Below, one piece after another: positions 1 through 9,174 of a stretch of DNA of 64,000 nucleotides. Location: assembly GCA_016840095.1 (NCBI GenBank), contig JAEOSZ010000111.1:32001-96000 (forward strand), in the 5' to 3' direction. The DNA comes from Candidatus Heimdallarchaeota archaeon. GTDB lineage: Archaea > Asgardarchaeota > Heimdallarchaeia > Heimdallarchaeales > Heimdallarchaeaceae. A program made the translations under genes and the position numbers. The notes beneath the pieces were generated by a model. The model was not told where the DNA came from. It searched no databases and was given only the letters and a program-made list of their open reading frames with translations. Position 1 is the stretch's first letter; each line of letters begins with the position of its first letter.

Positions 1-346
1 GTCCTTCCTTAAAATAAAAATCCCCGGTTTCCGGTCTGAAAGCCATAACTCCTGTTACATCAGATGGCATAAGATCTGGTGTAAACTGTATTCTTTTAAA
101 ATCGGCTGAAATGGCTTTTGCTAAAGCTCTTGCCATTAAAGTTTTTGCAATTCCTGGCACTCCTTCTAGTAAAACGTGACCATCAGCTAAAACAGCTGTA
201 ATCATTGCATCCATCACTTCTTTTTGACCGACGATAACTTTGTTTATGTTTGTGTTAATTTCTTCTATTTTAGTTGAAATTGTTTTCAAACTAATTTTTG
301 AAGTTTTAGTGCTCTTTCGAGATGTAGTTTTCTCCTTAGAACTCAT
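1..346 (-). CDS. MoxR-family AAA+ ATPase (5' part; runs off window start)
   Basis: Not in ORF track. Manual translation from ATG at 346: MSSKEK...[40 protein letters not shown]...[17 protein letters not shown], which are MoxR Walker A and RIQFTPDL motifs. Confidence 0.92.
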   Translation of the reverse strand, partial: MSSKEKTTSRKSTKTSKISLKTISTKIEEINTNINKVIVGQKEVMDAMITAVLADGHVLLEGVPGIAKTLMARALAKAISADFKRIQFTPDLMPSDVTGVMAFRPETGDFYFKEG

Positions 347-442
347 TAATCCTGACACTCCTTAAGATGATGTGATAAATTCCCTTATAAAAGTATTTTA
401 ATGAAAGAAATTAAAACTAACGGAAAAACAAAAAAATTTAAC

Positions 443-1156
443 TCATGTAGCTTCTTTTGCTTTCTTCTTACTAACATCTGCTAAGGTTTCTACTTCCCAT
501 TCTTCATCGAAAGTCCATTGAGAAAGAGATAATGTGAATGTTGCATCAGTTTTTCCAGGACATTCGATTCTAATAGTTAATTGGTCTTTAGTTACTTCCT
601 CAATCTCAGGATGTAAACAATTTTCTTTTAGAATATCCATCAAAGCTGCAACATAAGTATTAGAAATTGTATTGATACTTTCCTCTTGTATTTTCAAACC
701 TACTTCATCTAATTTATAGCATGTTTTTCGTCCTTCGCTAAATTTAGCAATTAACTTAGCTTGTACCATTCTGTCAGTATGATGACGAACTGTATCATGG
801 TGAATTCCAATAGCTTTTGCTATTTGGGTTTGATGAATACCTTCATTATTTAAGATATAAGCAAAAATCTTTCTTGCGGTTGAATGTTTAAGAACAACAA
901 AAGCTTTTTCTACATCTTCAGAACGTAAAGTGCGTGAAAAATAGACCCTTTTTCCACCAAATTTGGTAGACTTAATTAACAAAGCTTCTTCTAATTTTCT
1001 CAAGTGCCAATTAATAGTACCATGCGGTGCAGTTAAGGCACTAGATAATTCAAAAAAATATACACCAGGGGTCTCACAAACAAGACGGTAAAGCTCTCTA
1101 CGTAATGGATGGAGAAGCAAAGTGAGACGTTTTTCCTTTACTCTCCGTCGAACCAA
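443..1156 (-). CDS. Tandem winged-helix (ArsR-like) transcriptional regulator
   Basis: Two wHTH repeats (LHPLRRELY...WHLRKLEEA; LKHSTARKIF...RHHTDRMVQAKLI). Confidence 0.8.
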   Translation of the reverse strand: MVRRRVKEKRLTLLLHPLRRELYRLVCETPGVYFFELSSALTAPHGTINWHLRKLEEALLIKSTKFGGKRVYFSRTLRSEDVEKAFVVLKHSTARKIFAYILNNEGIHQTQIAKAIGIHHDTVRHHTDRMVQAKLIAKFSEGRKTCYKLDEVGLKIQEESINTISNTYVAALMDILKENCLHPEIEEVTKDQLTIRIECPGKTDATFTLSLSQWTFDEEWEVETLADVSKKKAKEAT

Positions 1157-1170
1157 GACGGTTCGCTCCT

Positions 1171-1614
1171 TTAGACAGTCAAGGCATCAACTTCGACGCT
1201 TGATACGCCTTCAATTCTCTCTAATTCATCCTTGATTTGATCAATGCTAACTTCCTTAAGTTCATCTGAATCGATGTAACCCTCATAAACACAGGCAGAT
1301 TGAGTAAAACATAAACCGGTGCTATAAAGTGTTTTAATACCGAGCCTGATGAATATAGATCCCATTTTACGTAGGAAGTCAGGAGAGAGTTTTCCGATGT
1401 TGATGTTTATCTTAGCTACTTCATTTGTGCTTGTTGGAATAATTCTAATAATTCGAGTATTTGGTGCTAAGATCAGTACAGCAAATGTTTTGCCATCTGG
1501 TTTAAGAGCTGATAAGAATTCTTCTGGAAGTTCAATTGGCTTTTCGGCCTCTAATTTCACCATCTTTGCGATTGTTACTGATTGTTTTTCGCTGCTCATT
1601 TTTTTATTCTCCAT
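1171..1614 (-). CDS. Hypothetical protein with probable C-terminal ACT-like domain
   Basis: 147-aa ORF co-oriented with regulator and MoxR; ACT-like ending (ELERIEGVSSVEV). Confidence 0.55.
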   Translation of the reverse strand: MENKKMSSEKQSVTIAKMVKLEAEKPIELPEEFLSALKPDGKTFAVLILAPNTRIIRIIPTSTNEVAKININIGKLSPDFLRKMGSIFIRLGIKTLYSTGLCFTQSACVYEGYIDSDELKEVSIDQIKDELERIEGVSSVEVDALTV

Positions 1615-1652
1615 CTATAACTATTATTGATTACGTTATGTAACTACAATAA

Positions 1653-1699
1653 TAAATACTTTATGCCTTTCTTAAATACTTTACGCTACTGCGAGTAGC
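1653..1699. promoter_or_regulatory. Direct repeat (TAAATACTTTAYGC x2, 20-bp period) plus short hairpin in divergent promoter region
   Basis: taaatactttatgc 1653-1666 and taaatactttacgc 1673-1686; gctact-gcg-agtagc 1685-1699. Confidence 0.35.
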
Positions 1700-1820
1700 T
1701 TCTAACTACTTCATTTTTATAATCGAGTGATTAACTAGAAGAAAACTTGGATAAATTATATCTAACTCTAAGGCAATTTTAACCATAAATTTTAATATCA
1801 CTCCCGCACTCTTTCCATCA

Positions 1821-3443
1821 TTGAATATGGATCAAGTCAACATGACAAAAGAAACGTCAGAACAACCTAGTGAAGAAGAAAATTTGTATATTCTTCCTCA
1901 TCCAAAATTATCACTCATTGGAATTCTAATTTCAACTTTCTTTCTAAGAGTAGCTTTTGGTAGTACAACAGTTTTGATGCCTATTTTTATCTGGAAGCAT
2001 TTAGGAATGGAAGGTTGGGCAAAAGATATTTCGGTAATTGTTGTTGAAGTCACTTATGCAATAGCAGTCATTATTAGTTCTGGATTTTTCGGTTTCAAAT
2101 CTGATACTTCTGATGCTAAAAGGTGGATTCTCTTAGGAACAGCAGCTGGTGGATTAATCCTAGGAGGGTATGGAATCTGTGCTCTTAACTGGACTGGATG
2201 GATAGGAATTATTCCATTGGCAAATGGGTTATTGATTTTTGGGATGAGTCTTTATCATTTCCTTCATGGATTGGCGGGATCATGTAAAGTAAATGCTTCA
2301 TACGGGTATATCTCTAGATTTTCAGTTTATGAGAATCGAGCAACCAGAATAGGTTTTTACAATGTTGCTGTAACTGGTGGCCGTTCTGTTGGTGTAATCC
2401 TTGCAGGAACACTTTATGATTTCGTTGTAGGTGTATCTGAAAAAACTAAATGGTCAAGGGGCCGGGATAAAATCATCTTCAGTTTGAATGATATTACTCA
2501 AAAGAATTTTCTTGATTATTGGGATCCAGTTGCACCAACTAGATTAGCATATCTCTACCTCCTATTTGGTTTTGCTATAGTTATTTCTGCAGTTGTTGTA
2601 TACTTCATGATTGATAAAACAAAATCAGTAGTGAAAGAAGAGAAATATAGTTTAAAGAAGGAATTGTCAACATCATGGCGTTTAATGACTCATAAAAGTA
2701 GAAGAGGGATAATACTTCCCCTTATTGGAACAGCATCTGTTTTAGGAATTTTAAACAACTGGGGATTTCTTATTTTATCACTGGAATCTACTCCTGGAAC
2801 AGCAAGCTATGCTACAGTAGGTATAACTCTAGCAATGGGTGTGCCAATGGCTTTGTGGGGTTGGGTTGCCGATAAAATTGGAAGAAAGAGGACTTTAGCT
2901 ATTGGAGTATCTGGTTTGATTTTACTTATGGCAGGAATAGGTATTGCTTTCTTTACAAATATGCTAACAGGCGGGCAACCATGGAATGATCCTGCCTCTC
3001 AATTTGACCCAAACGGTCTTTATAGTAATGTGTGGATTATTATTCTCTTAGGAGTAGCAGTTTTAATGGGTTCAGCATATTTTCCAGCAATTAGTGGTAG
3101 ACTTGGAGATAGTAGTTCATTAGAATTAGAAGATGATACAAATAGGACAGAAGAAGAACTAGAGAAACAAGCTGAATTTCATGGATCCACAATGAGCATC
3201 CAACAAACAGTTATGTCTGTTAGTGAGATAATTGGAATTATACTTGGTGGATTAGCATTAATAGTTGTCTTTGCTATTACAAAAGGAGATGATACCAATT
3301 TTGCATATAATCTTGTAGGTATCTTTGTCCCAATAGTCATTCTCCTAATATTAACTGCAATATCCACTTTTCTATGGCCAGCAGAAGAGGATTTTGTTGA
3401 GACAGCTAAAGTAAGAAGAAAGAAAAGAGCAGAGAAAAACTAA
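1821..3443 (+). CDS. MFS transporter
   Basis: About 12 hydrophobic segments; MFS motif GWVADKIGRKR. Confidence 0.85.
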   Translation: MNMDQVNMTKETSEQPSEEENLYILPHPKLSLIGILISTFFLRVAFGSTTVLMPIFIWKHLGMEGWAKDISVIVVEVTYAIAVIISSGFFGFKSDTSDAKRWILLGTAAGGLILGGYGICALNWTGWIGIIPLANGLLIFGMSLYHFLHGLAGSCKVNASYGYISRFSVYENRATRIGFYNVAVTGGRSVGVILAGTLYDFVVGVSEKTKWSRGRDKIIFSLNDITQKNFLDYWDPVAPTRLAYLYLLFGFAIVISAVVVYFMIDKTKSVVKEEKYSLKKELSTSWRLMTHKSRRGIILPLIGTASVLGILNNWGFLILSLESTPGTASYATVGITLAMGVPMALWGWVADKIGRKRTLAIGVSGLILLMAGIGIAFFTNMLTGGQPWNDPASQFDPNGLYSNVWIIILLGVAVLMGSAYFPAISGRLGDSSSLELEDDTNRTEEELEKQAEFHGSTMSIQQTVMSVSEIIGIILGGLALIVVFAITKGDDTNFAYNLVGIFVPIVILLILTAISTFLWPAEEDFVETAKVRRKKRAEKN

Positions 3444-3500
3444 TTCTAAAAAATGCTCTGACCACCAATTTTTTAACCTAGTAATAGTGGCAATCAAATA

Positions 3501-4397
3501 ATGAAGAATACATGGCTGTTTCTTAATCAGATGTCTATCGATTCAACTGTTATTGATTCAAATACCACTGTAATTTTGGGATTTTCTGGTTATGGGTCAG
3601 TTGGAACAACTGTGCTTAATCATGTAGTAGAAGGGCTTAAAGTAGAATCAATTGGTTTTTGGGGAACCTTGTCATGGTTTCATAACGGAAATCTCGAGTC
3701 ACCCATTACTATGTATCAATTGGATGCAAAATCTGATGATCCAGAAGAAAAATTTGTGTTAGTGACTTCTAGATTACCAATACCAGTTGTAGGTTATAAT
3801 GCTCTTCCTGATGCTTTCTGGAAATGGATTACTCAGGAAATCTTATCTTGGGATGCAAAACGCTATATCATAATAGGTGGATTAAGAGAAGATGTTCGGA
3901 ATTCTTCAGATGATTCTTGGGTTACTTTAATCCCAACTAAAAAATATACAGAGCTCTTTGGTACTAAGCGAACTTTTAGAGATGACTTATCAATCAAAGG
4001 TCCAATTAGTTTTCTCCTCGCTGAAGGAACCGCTTATAGATATCCAGTTTTGAGTATACTATCCTACTGCAATACTTACGAAATTGACTTAGATGCTTCT
4101 TTAATGGCATTGAAAGAATTGGAAAAACTATTAAATTTGGATTTGGATTCAAAGGAGATAATTGAATTTGATTTTTCATTCCTTGAAAGCAATTTTGAAC
4201 TCTTCCAAGATGAAGAATTTGATGAAGAATATGATGAAGAATTTAATGAAGAATATGAAGAAGAATTTGATGAAGATTTCAAAAATTTTAGTAAACGAAA
4301 TGACTCACCACATGCTAACAAAAAATTCTCTTTCAATGTAAATTCATTTTTCTCAGAAACTAAGGATGAAAGAGAAGATCTAGAAAAATACAAATGA
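3501..4397 (+). CDS. PAC2-family proteasome assembly chaperone (PbaA/PbaB-like) with acidic tail
   Basis: N-terminal ILGFSGYGSVG, internal IIIGGL and GPISFLL; penultimate Tyr (..EKYK). Confidence 0.7.
   Translation: MKNTWLFLNQMSIDSTVIDSNTTVILGFSGYGSVGTTVLNHVVEGLKVESIGFWGTLSWFHNGNLESPITMYQLDAKSDDPEEKFVLVTSRLPIPVVGYNALPDAFWKWITQEILSWDAKRYIIIGGLREDVRNSSDDSWVTLIPTKKYTELFGTKRTFRDDLSIKGPISFLLAEGTAYRYPVLSILSYCNTYEIDLDASLMALKELEKLLNLDLDSKEIIEFDFSFLESNFELFQDEEFDEEYDEEFNEEYEEEFDEDFKNFSKRNDSPHANKKFSFNVNSFFSETKDEREDLEKYK
4209..4280 (+). repeat. Imperfect 12-bp tandem repeat encoding (D/N/E)EE(F/Y)
   Basis: gatgaagaattt / gatgaagaatat / gatgaagaattt / aatgaagaatat / gaagaagaattt / gatgaagatttc. Confidence 0.8.
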
Positions 4398-5321
4398 TTA
4401 TTTTATAATCTCTGTATAATCCTCTATTTCCTCAATGGATACAGCTCCAACAGGGCAAACTGCAACACAAATTCCACAAGTTTTGCAATAAACATTGTTT
4501 ATCTTAACTTTTCCATTATTCCTGTAAATTATCCCTTCAGGACAATGAAATAAACACTTTAAACATTCAATGCATTTTTCTTGATTTACTAATGCTTTTT
4601 CTTTACTCCAAGTACCAGTTTTCCTTTGCTTGGCAGCACCTGGTCCAATTTCTTTTCCATTCGGGAGAACAGATTTTGGAAGAATGGTTCCCAAAGGAAG
4701 TTCATCTACTGTAGGTCTCCATGGAGTTTTGTCTGAATAATTTTTTCCTCCTTTAGAAACACCGAGAGTAGTTTCTTCATATGCAATTCTTGCTATTTCT
4801 ACATTCTTTCTTGCCATTGTCTCCCCTAATCTTTTTCTAAAAACTGAATAGATACCCTTCTCAAGGTCTTCAAGTGTAATGATATCTGAGCTTTTTACTA
4901 GAGCTCCTAACATGGCAGTATTAGTTATAGGATCATCAAGAATGTCCTTTGCAATTTTTGTTGCATCGACTACACTTAAATTGATAGATTTAGAAAGAAC
5001 TATTTCTTCAGGTTTTTTAGTTGTATTAAAAACACCTATTCCTCCCAAGTTCAGCCCCTCAATAACATCAACTAAATCTGGAATATCTTCATTGAGAACA
5101 ACAACAATGTCTGGATTGTAAATCTGAGTTCTTCTGTAGATTTTCTTATCATTAATTCGGACAAAAGCTAAAACAAGTGAACCTCTTCTTTCAGCTCCAA
5201 AAGAAGGAAATGAAACAGCATACTTCCCCGCATAAAAAACAGCTTTTGCTAGAGCCCTAGATGCCAAGACTGAGCCAAAACCTCCACGCCCATGGAATCT
5301 AATTTCTAACATAACTGTCAC
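4398..5321 (-). CDS. 2-oxoacid:ferredoxin oxidoreductase fused gamma-delta subunit
   Basis: EIRFHGRGGFG, FGAERRG and NTAMLGAL (gamma); TGTW plus two CxxCxxCxxxCP ferredoxin motifs (delta). Confidence 0.9.
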   Translation of the reverse strand: MTVMLEIRFHGRGGFGSVLASRALAKAVFYAGKYAVSFPSFGAERRGSLVLAFVRINDKKIYRRTQIYNPDIVVVLNEDIPDLVDVIEGLNLGGIGVFNTTKKPEEIVLSKSINLSVVDATKIAKDILDDPITNTAMLGALVKSSDIITLEDLEKGIYSVFRKRLGETMARKNVEIARIAYEETTLGVSKGGKNYSDKTPWRPTVDELPLGTILPKSVLPNGKEIGPGAAKQRKTGTWSKEKALVNQEKCIECLKCLFHCPEGIIYRNNGKVKINNVYCKTCGICVAVCPVGAVSIEEIEDYTEIIK

Positions 5322-5374
5322 TAATCATCGAAAGCTTAAGTTTGTAATAAAATTATTGGAATAACATTAGCAAT

Positions 5375-5929
5375 TTAGTCTTTCATTTTGAAAGTATCTG
5401 AGTCATCCAACCATTTTTTGAATTCTGATGCAAGAGATATTTCATTTCTCTTAATTTCACTTAATTTGTTTAGATTTCCTTCCCTCTTTTGTTGTTCGAA
5501 GAATATTGGGATGATTTTGGTAAGATCGACAGCATATAGGTCAAAAAGAAATACTATTGGTTTGAAGTATTTTTCTAGAAACAATTCAAATTCATCAAAA
5601 CCAATCATTATTTGTTTGTAGATATCTCTGGAAACAATGAAATTGATTAGAGTTACTGTTTTATTTTTCAATCTTGAATCTTTTGCATCAAGGTTTTTCA
5701 GATTGATTGCAAAAGCAAGCAAGAATGTTTTTTCATTGATTTTAGTTGTAGCAAGCCCCTTAATTTCTTGATCTTGCATGATACCCATTAATGTGGGATA
5801 AGTAGTAAGCATGGTTTCTAATTTAACATCATCCAAATTTGATGCAAAGATTTCAAATCCTTGGTCAGCAAAATATACAATCGCAAACCCCTCTTTCTCT
5901 ACATTATCAGCATCAAGTAAAGTAGTCAA
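5375..5929 (-). CDS. Hypothetical protein, probable longin/uDENN-like domain
   Basis: Pattern FAIVYFADQG...LLAFAINLKNLDAKDSRL..TVTLINFIV resembles the cytoplasmic domain of ORF 44247-46046. Confidence 0.5.
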   Translation of the reverse strand: MTTLLDADNVEKEGFAIVYFADQGFEIFASNLDDVKLETMLTTYPTLMGIMQDQEIKGLATTKINEKTFLLAFAINLKNLDAKDSRLKNKTVTLINFIVSRDIYKQIMIGFDEFELFLEKYFKPIVFLFDLYAVDLTKIIPIFFEQQKREGNLNKLSEIKRNEISLASEFKKWLDDSDTFKMKD

Positions 5930-6034
5930 CCTAAATCATTATAGTTCATTTACAATGTTATAAAAACCCCAAAGTAAGAGCGATTAGGAAGAAATGTCAC
6001 AACTTATAAAAATGAATTATCTAACTTAATTGTA

Positions 6035-6745
6035 ATGGATAAAGTAATTGTAAAGAAAATGAAGAAGTTTAACAACACTCCTGATGATAGTAAAGTTGAG
6101 TTTTTGGAATTATTAGGGAATGAAGAAAAAAATTCTGATATCGTTGAATTTCTGGTAAAAATAATTGAATCAGATACTTATTATAAAATTCGAATTAAAG
6201 CAGTATTAACTCTGGCTAAATTTGAGGATGATGAAATTGCACAAAAATTAAGCGAAATTTATGCATATGAAAGAGATAGGAATGTTAGATTAGCAATTAC
6301 TGAATCACTTGGAGATATGTCAATTGAGATAGATGAAATGCTTCAAAATATTTTGAAAAATGACTTAAATGGAATTGTTAGAGCTGCAGCTCTTAGAAAA
6401 CTTCATGAAAGAAAAAAACTCAAGAAAGAAATATTAAGAAAACTGGTATTAGAAACTATCAATAAAGAGAAGGATACTTTTCCAAAACAAATAGCACTAG
6501 GTTTACTGCCTTCATATTCTACTCAAACTGTCTATAATACACTCAAAACTATTTATGATGATGAAACTAAGTTTAAAATGCGTTCACTCATTTATAAAAC
6601 AATTACAGAAGTAGCTTCTGCTTTAAACATAGAAGTTGGTGTTGAAGAACCTTCTAAACCCAAACCTACTCCTGAGCCTGGTAAAAAGAAAAAACGAAGA
6701 AAGAAAAAGAAAGATAAAGAGCCTGAAGAGCATTTGTTCTTCTAA
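6035..6745 (+). CDS. HEAT-repeat protein
   Basis: Repeats IRIKAVLTLA, VRLAITESLG, VRAAALRKL; Lys-rich tail. Confidence 0.8.
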   Translation: MDKVIVKKMKKFNNTPDDSKVEFLELLGNEEKNSDIVEFLVKIIESDTYYKIRIKAVLTLAKFEDDEIAQKLSEIYAYERDRNVRLAITESLGDMSIEIDEMLQNILKNDLNGIVRAAALRKLHERKKLKKEILRKLVLETINKEKDTFPKQIALGLLPSYSTQTVYNTLKTIYDDETKFKMRSLIYKTITEVASALNIEVGVEEPSKPKPTPEPGKKKKRRKKKKDKEPEEHLFF

Positions 6746-6751
6746 CAACAT

Positions 6752-7405
6752 TTACTGCTTTTCAGGTTTTTGGGCTACAACCCAGATATAACCCCTTCTG
6801 TCTTTTGGACTAACAAGTCGAACTTCTTTAGCTATTGAAAATATCTTCCAACCCTTTAATGCTTGTTTAATCTCAGTCATCGTAATAAAGCGAATTGGAG
6901 GTTCTGTTCTAAAATGAGGTTTTACATTACCACCAAAGAGAAAGAAACCTCCTTGTTTAACTGAATCAAGAAGTTCATACAATTTTGACAATGCATTATC
7001 ATAAAGATACTGAAGACATTGAATTGCTAAAATTACATCGTAGCTTTCAGGTTCCAAAACTAGATTTTCAATTGTCTCACATAATATGTCCATTTTTTCT
7101 TCTATTTTTAGTGCTTTAGCCCTTTTTTTAGTTAATTCTACTGCAGATTGAAGTATATCTATAGCTGTAACATGATAGCCCAGTTGAGCTAAATAACATG
7201 CATCAATTCCATCTCCAGTTGCTAAATCAAGAGCCTTTTTTCCAGTTACATCTTGATCATGAGTAAAAAATGAGAATTCTAGTGGAGCATAATGGACAAA
7301 GTGAGGTGAAAGTTTGTCTAGTTGTCCCTCAACTTGTTTCTTGTAAAGATTATCCCAACCTTCCATATATTTATCAGGATTTAATGTAGGGTACTTCTTT
7401 GTCAT
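6752..7405 (-). CDS. Class I SAM-dependent methyltransferase (TehB-like)
   Basis: ALDLATGDG motif I, VTAID, YDVIL. Confidence 0.85.
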   Translation of the reverse strand: MTKKYPTLNPDKYMEGWDNLYKKQVEGQLDKLSPHFVHYAPLEFSFFTHDQDVTGKKALDLATGDGIDACYLAQLGYHVTAIDILQSAVELTKKRAKALKIEEKMDILCETIENLVLEPESYDVILAIQCLQYLYDNALSKLYELLDSVKQGGFFLFGGNVKPHFRTEPPIRFITMTEIKQALKGWKIFSIAKEVRLVSPKDRRGYIWVVAQKPEKQ

Positions 7406-7436
7406 TATTCCAATTCACTATTAGATACTTATAACC

Positions 7437-7457
7437 TTCATGATATGAATTCATGAA
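7437..7457. promoter_or_regulatory. Palindromic candidate operator in divergent promoter
   Basis: TTCATGA-N7-TCATGAA with nested ATGAATTCAT (7445-7454). Confidence 0.4.
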
Positions 7458-7512
7458 CAAAATTATGGGAAAAAGTTTAGTATTCGAAATAGAATTTTAA
7501 TTGGGAGATATT

Positions 7513-9174
7513 ATGAATCTAAAAAGAAAATTTATTGTTTTTCTTCTAGCTATAATTGTTTTGAATCTATCATTTTCTTTTGCTGAAGCAAGAGAACAAG
7601 AAACTCCATCATCCATTCCGGAATTAGATTATTATTTCGAAGTTCCTTCTATGTACACAGAGATTACAATTCATGAAGATGGTTCTATAGACATTTATTA
7701 CAGAATGGAATTTTACACTCCATCGGAAGTAATAGATGTAATAGATATTGGTTTTCCAAACGTATACTACAAGTTGAAATCTGTTAAAGCTTGGTTAAAT
7801 GGAACAGAAATCCAGGATATAAGAAAAAGTGAAGTAGTAGATATTGGTGTAGAAGTCTGGCTTGATGAAGTTGGATATATTTATGCTGGCCAAACTGGTG
7901 TTTTTGAGATTGAATGCCACAACCCAAAAATGGTTTACAAAGATAATATAGACGGTTTAGCTTCGGTTGTATTCTATCAGACTTGGTACGGTTATGCATA
8001 TTCGTATGGCACAACAAACAGGACTGTTCGATTTTACTTTCCTGAAGATTTAACTAACATAGCAGAAGTAGATTATAGAATCGCAAGTGGGTCTGAATTT
8101 ACTAGTGTAGCGAGCTCTCCAGATGGACCATATGTACAATTTTCTACTAGTGGTAATCCATATGATTCCTATGATGTGGGTGTAGCTTTTCCTGAAGAAT
8201 ATTCAAAGACTTTCAATCCTTTCTGGACATTGACAGTTTGGGGAAGTCTTGTTAGATACCCTATGGCTACTGTTATAATTTCAATTATTATTTTTGCGAT
8301 AATTATCGCTATTATTAGAAGTATAAGAAATGCTAGAAGATATCTCCCACCTTCTATTAGTTCGTTAGGTGGAGGTGTAAGAGAGGATCTATCTCCATCT
8401 GAAGTAGCTCTCCTCTTTGAACGACCTCTAACGCAAGTAGCATCATTAATGCTTTTCGAACTGATGGAAAAAGGATATGCCCATATCCAAACAAAAGAAC
8501 CTGAATTAAGACTAGAAATTACAGCAACTGATCCAGTTATTGCTGATTTTTCAAAACCTCATAAAACATTAGCAATTGGTATAAGAAAAAGAAATAAAGA
8601 AGATGAGAAATGGAGAAGAGGTGCTGCTTCTGGAGCAATACCAAAAGAGCCAGTTCATCAAACAGATTTAAAAAATGCACTCGTTGCTCAAATAAAGAGT
8701 TTAGCTAAGAAAATGAAAGGATTCTCATCTAGAAAAACCAGAGATTATTATGAATCTATCATTGACAAAGCTTGGCAAGAAATGAGTAAAGAAAATCCTG
8801 AATTACAAAATGCTTTCCTCTGGATCATGGTAGATGAGAAGTATGAATCTAGGTTAGAAGAATATGGAAGAGAATACTATTATCCAAGATGGTATGTCTA
8901 TAGCTATTTCTACTATGTTGGAGGATCACGACCTTCAAGAACTTCTGGTAGTACATTTTTGAGAATAAACCAAAGAGGAAATATTTCACAAATAGCTCCT
9001 GTCCAATCATTCATGTCAGGATTAGTACATAAACCAGGGTCTTTACGAGATTCTGTAAAAAACATAACTCGACCAGCTCCTTCTAGATCAAGTGGTAGCA
9101 GTCGAGGTTATTCAGGAGGAGGGTGTGCTTGTGCATGTGCTTGTGCATGTGCTTGTGCTGGAGGTGGTAGATAA
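7513..9174 (+). CDS. DUF2207-like membrane protein with C-terminal (Cys-Ala)6-GGGR tail
   Basis: ATG 7513 after GGAGA; signal peptide; EITIHEDGSIDI N-domain; TM helix followed by RSIRNARR; LSPSEVALL; Ser/Gly-rich linker; GGGCACACACACACAGGGR-stop. Confidence 0.8.
   Translation: MNLKRKFIVFLLAIIVLNLSFSFAEAREQETPSSIPELDYYFEVPSMYTEITIHEDGSIDIYYRMEFYTPSEVIDVIDIGFPNVYYKLKSVKAWLNGTEIQDIRKSEVVDIGVEVWLDEVGYIYAGQTGVFEIECHNPKMVYKDNIDGLASVVFYQTWYGYAYSYGTTNRTVRFYFPEDLTNIAEVDYRIASGSEFTSVASSPDGPYVQFSTSGNPYDSYDVGVAFPEEYSKTFNPFWTLTVWGSLVRYPMATVIISIIIFAIIIAIIRSIRNARRYLPPSISSLGGGVREDLSPSEVALLFERPLTQVASLMLFELMEKGYAHIQTKEPELRLEITATDPVIADFSKPHKTLAIGIRKRNKEDEKWRRGAASGAIPKEPVHQTDLKNALVAQIKSLAKKMKGFSSRKTRDYYESIIDKAWQEMSKENPELQNAFLWIMVDEKYESRLEEYGREYYYPRWYVYSYFYYVGGSRPSRTSGSTFLRINQRGNISQIAPVQSFMSGLVHKPGSLRDSVKNITRPAPSRSSGSSRGYSGGGCACACACACACAGGGR

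Noticed and set aside
4076-4393. Ser-rich antisense ORF
   Set aside because: Shadow of the acidic repeat in the PAC2-like gene.
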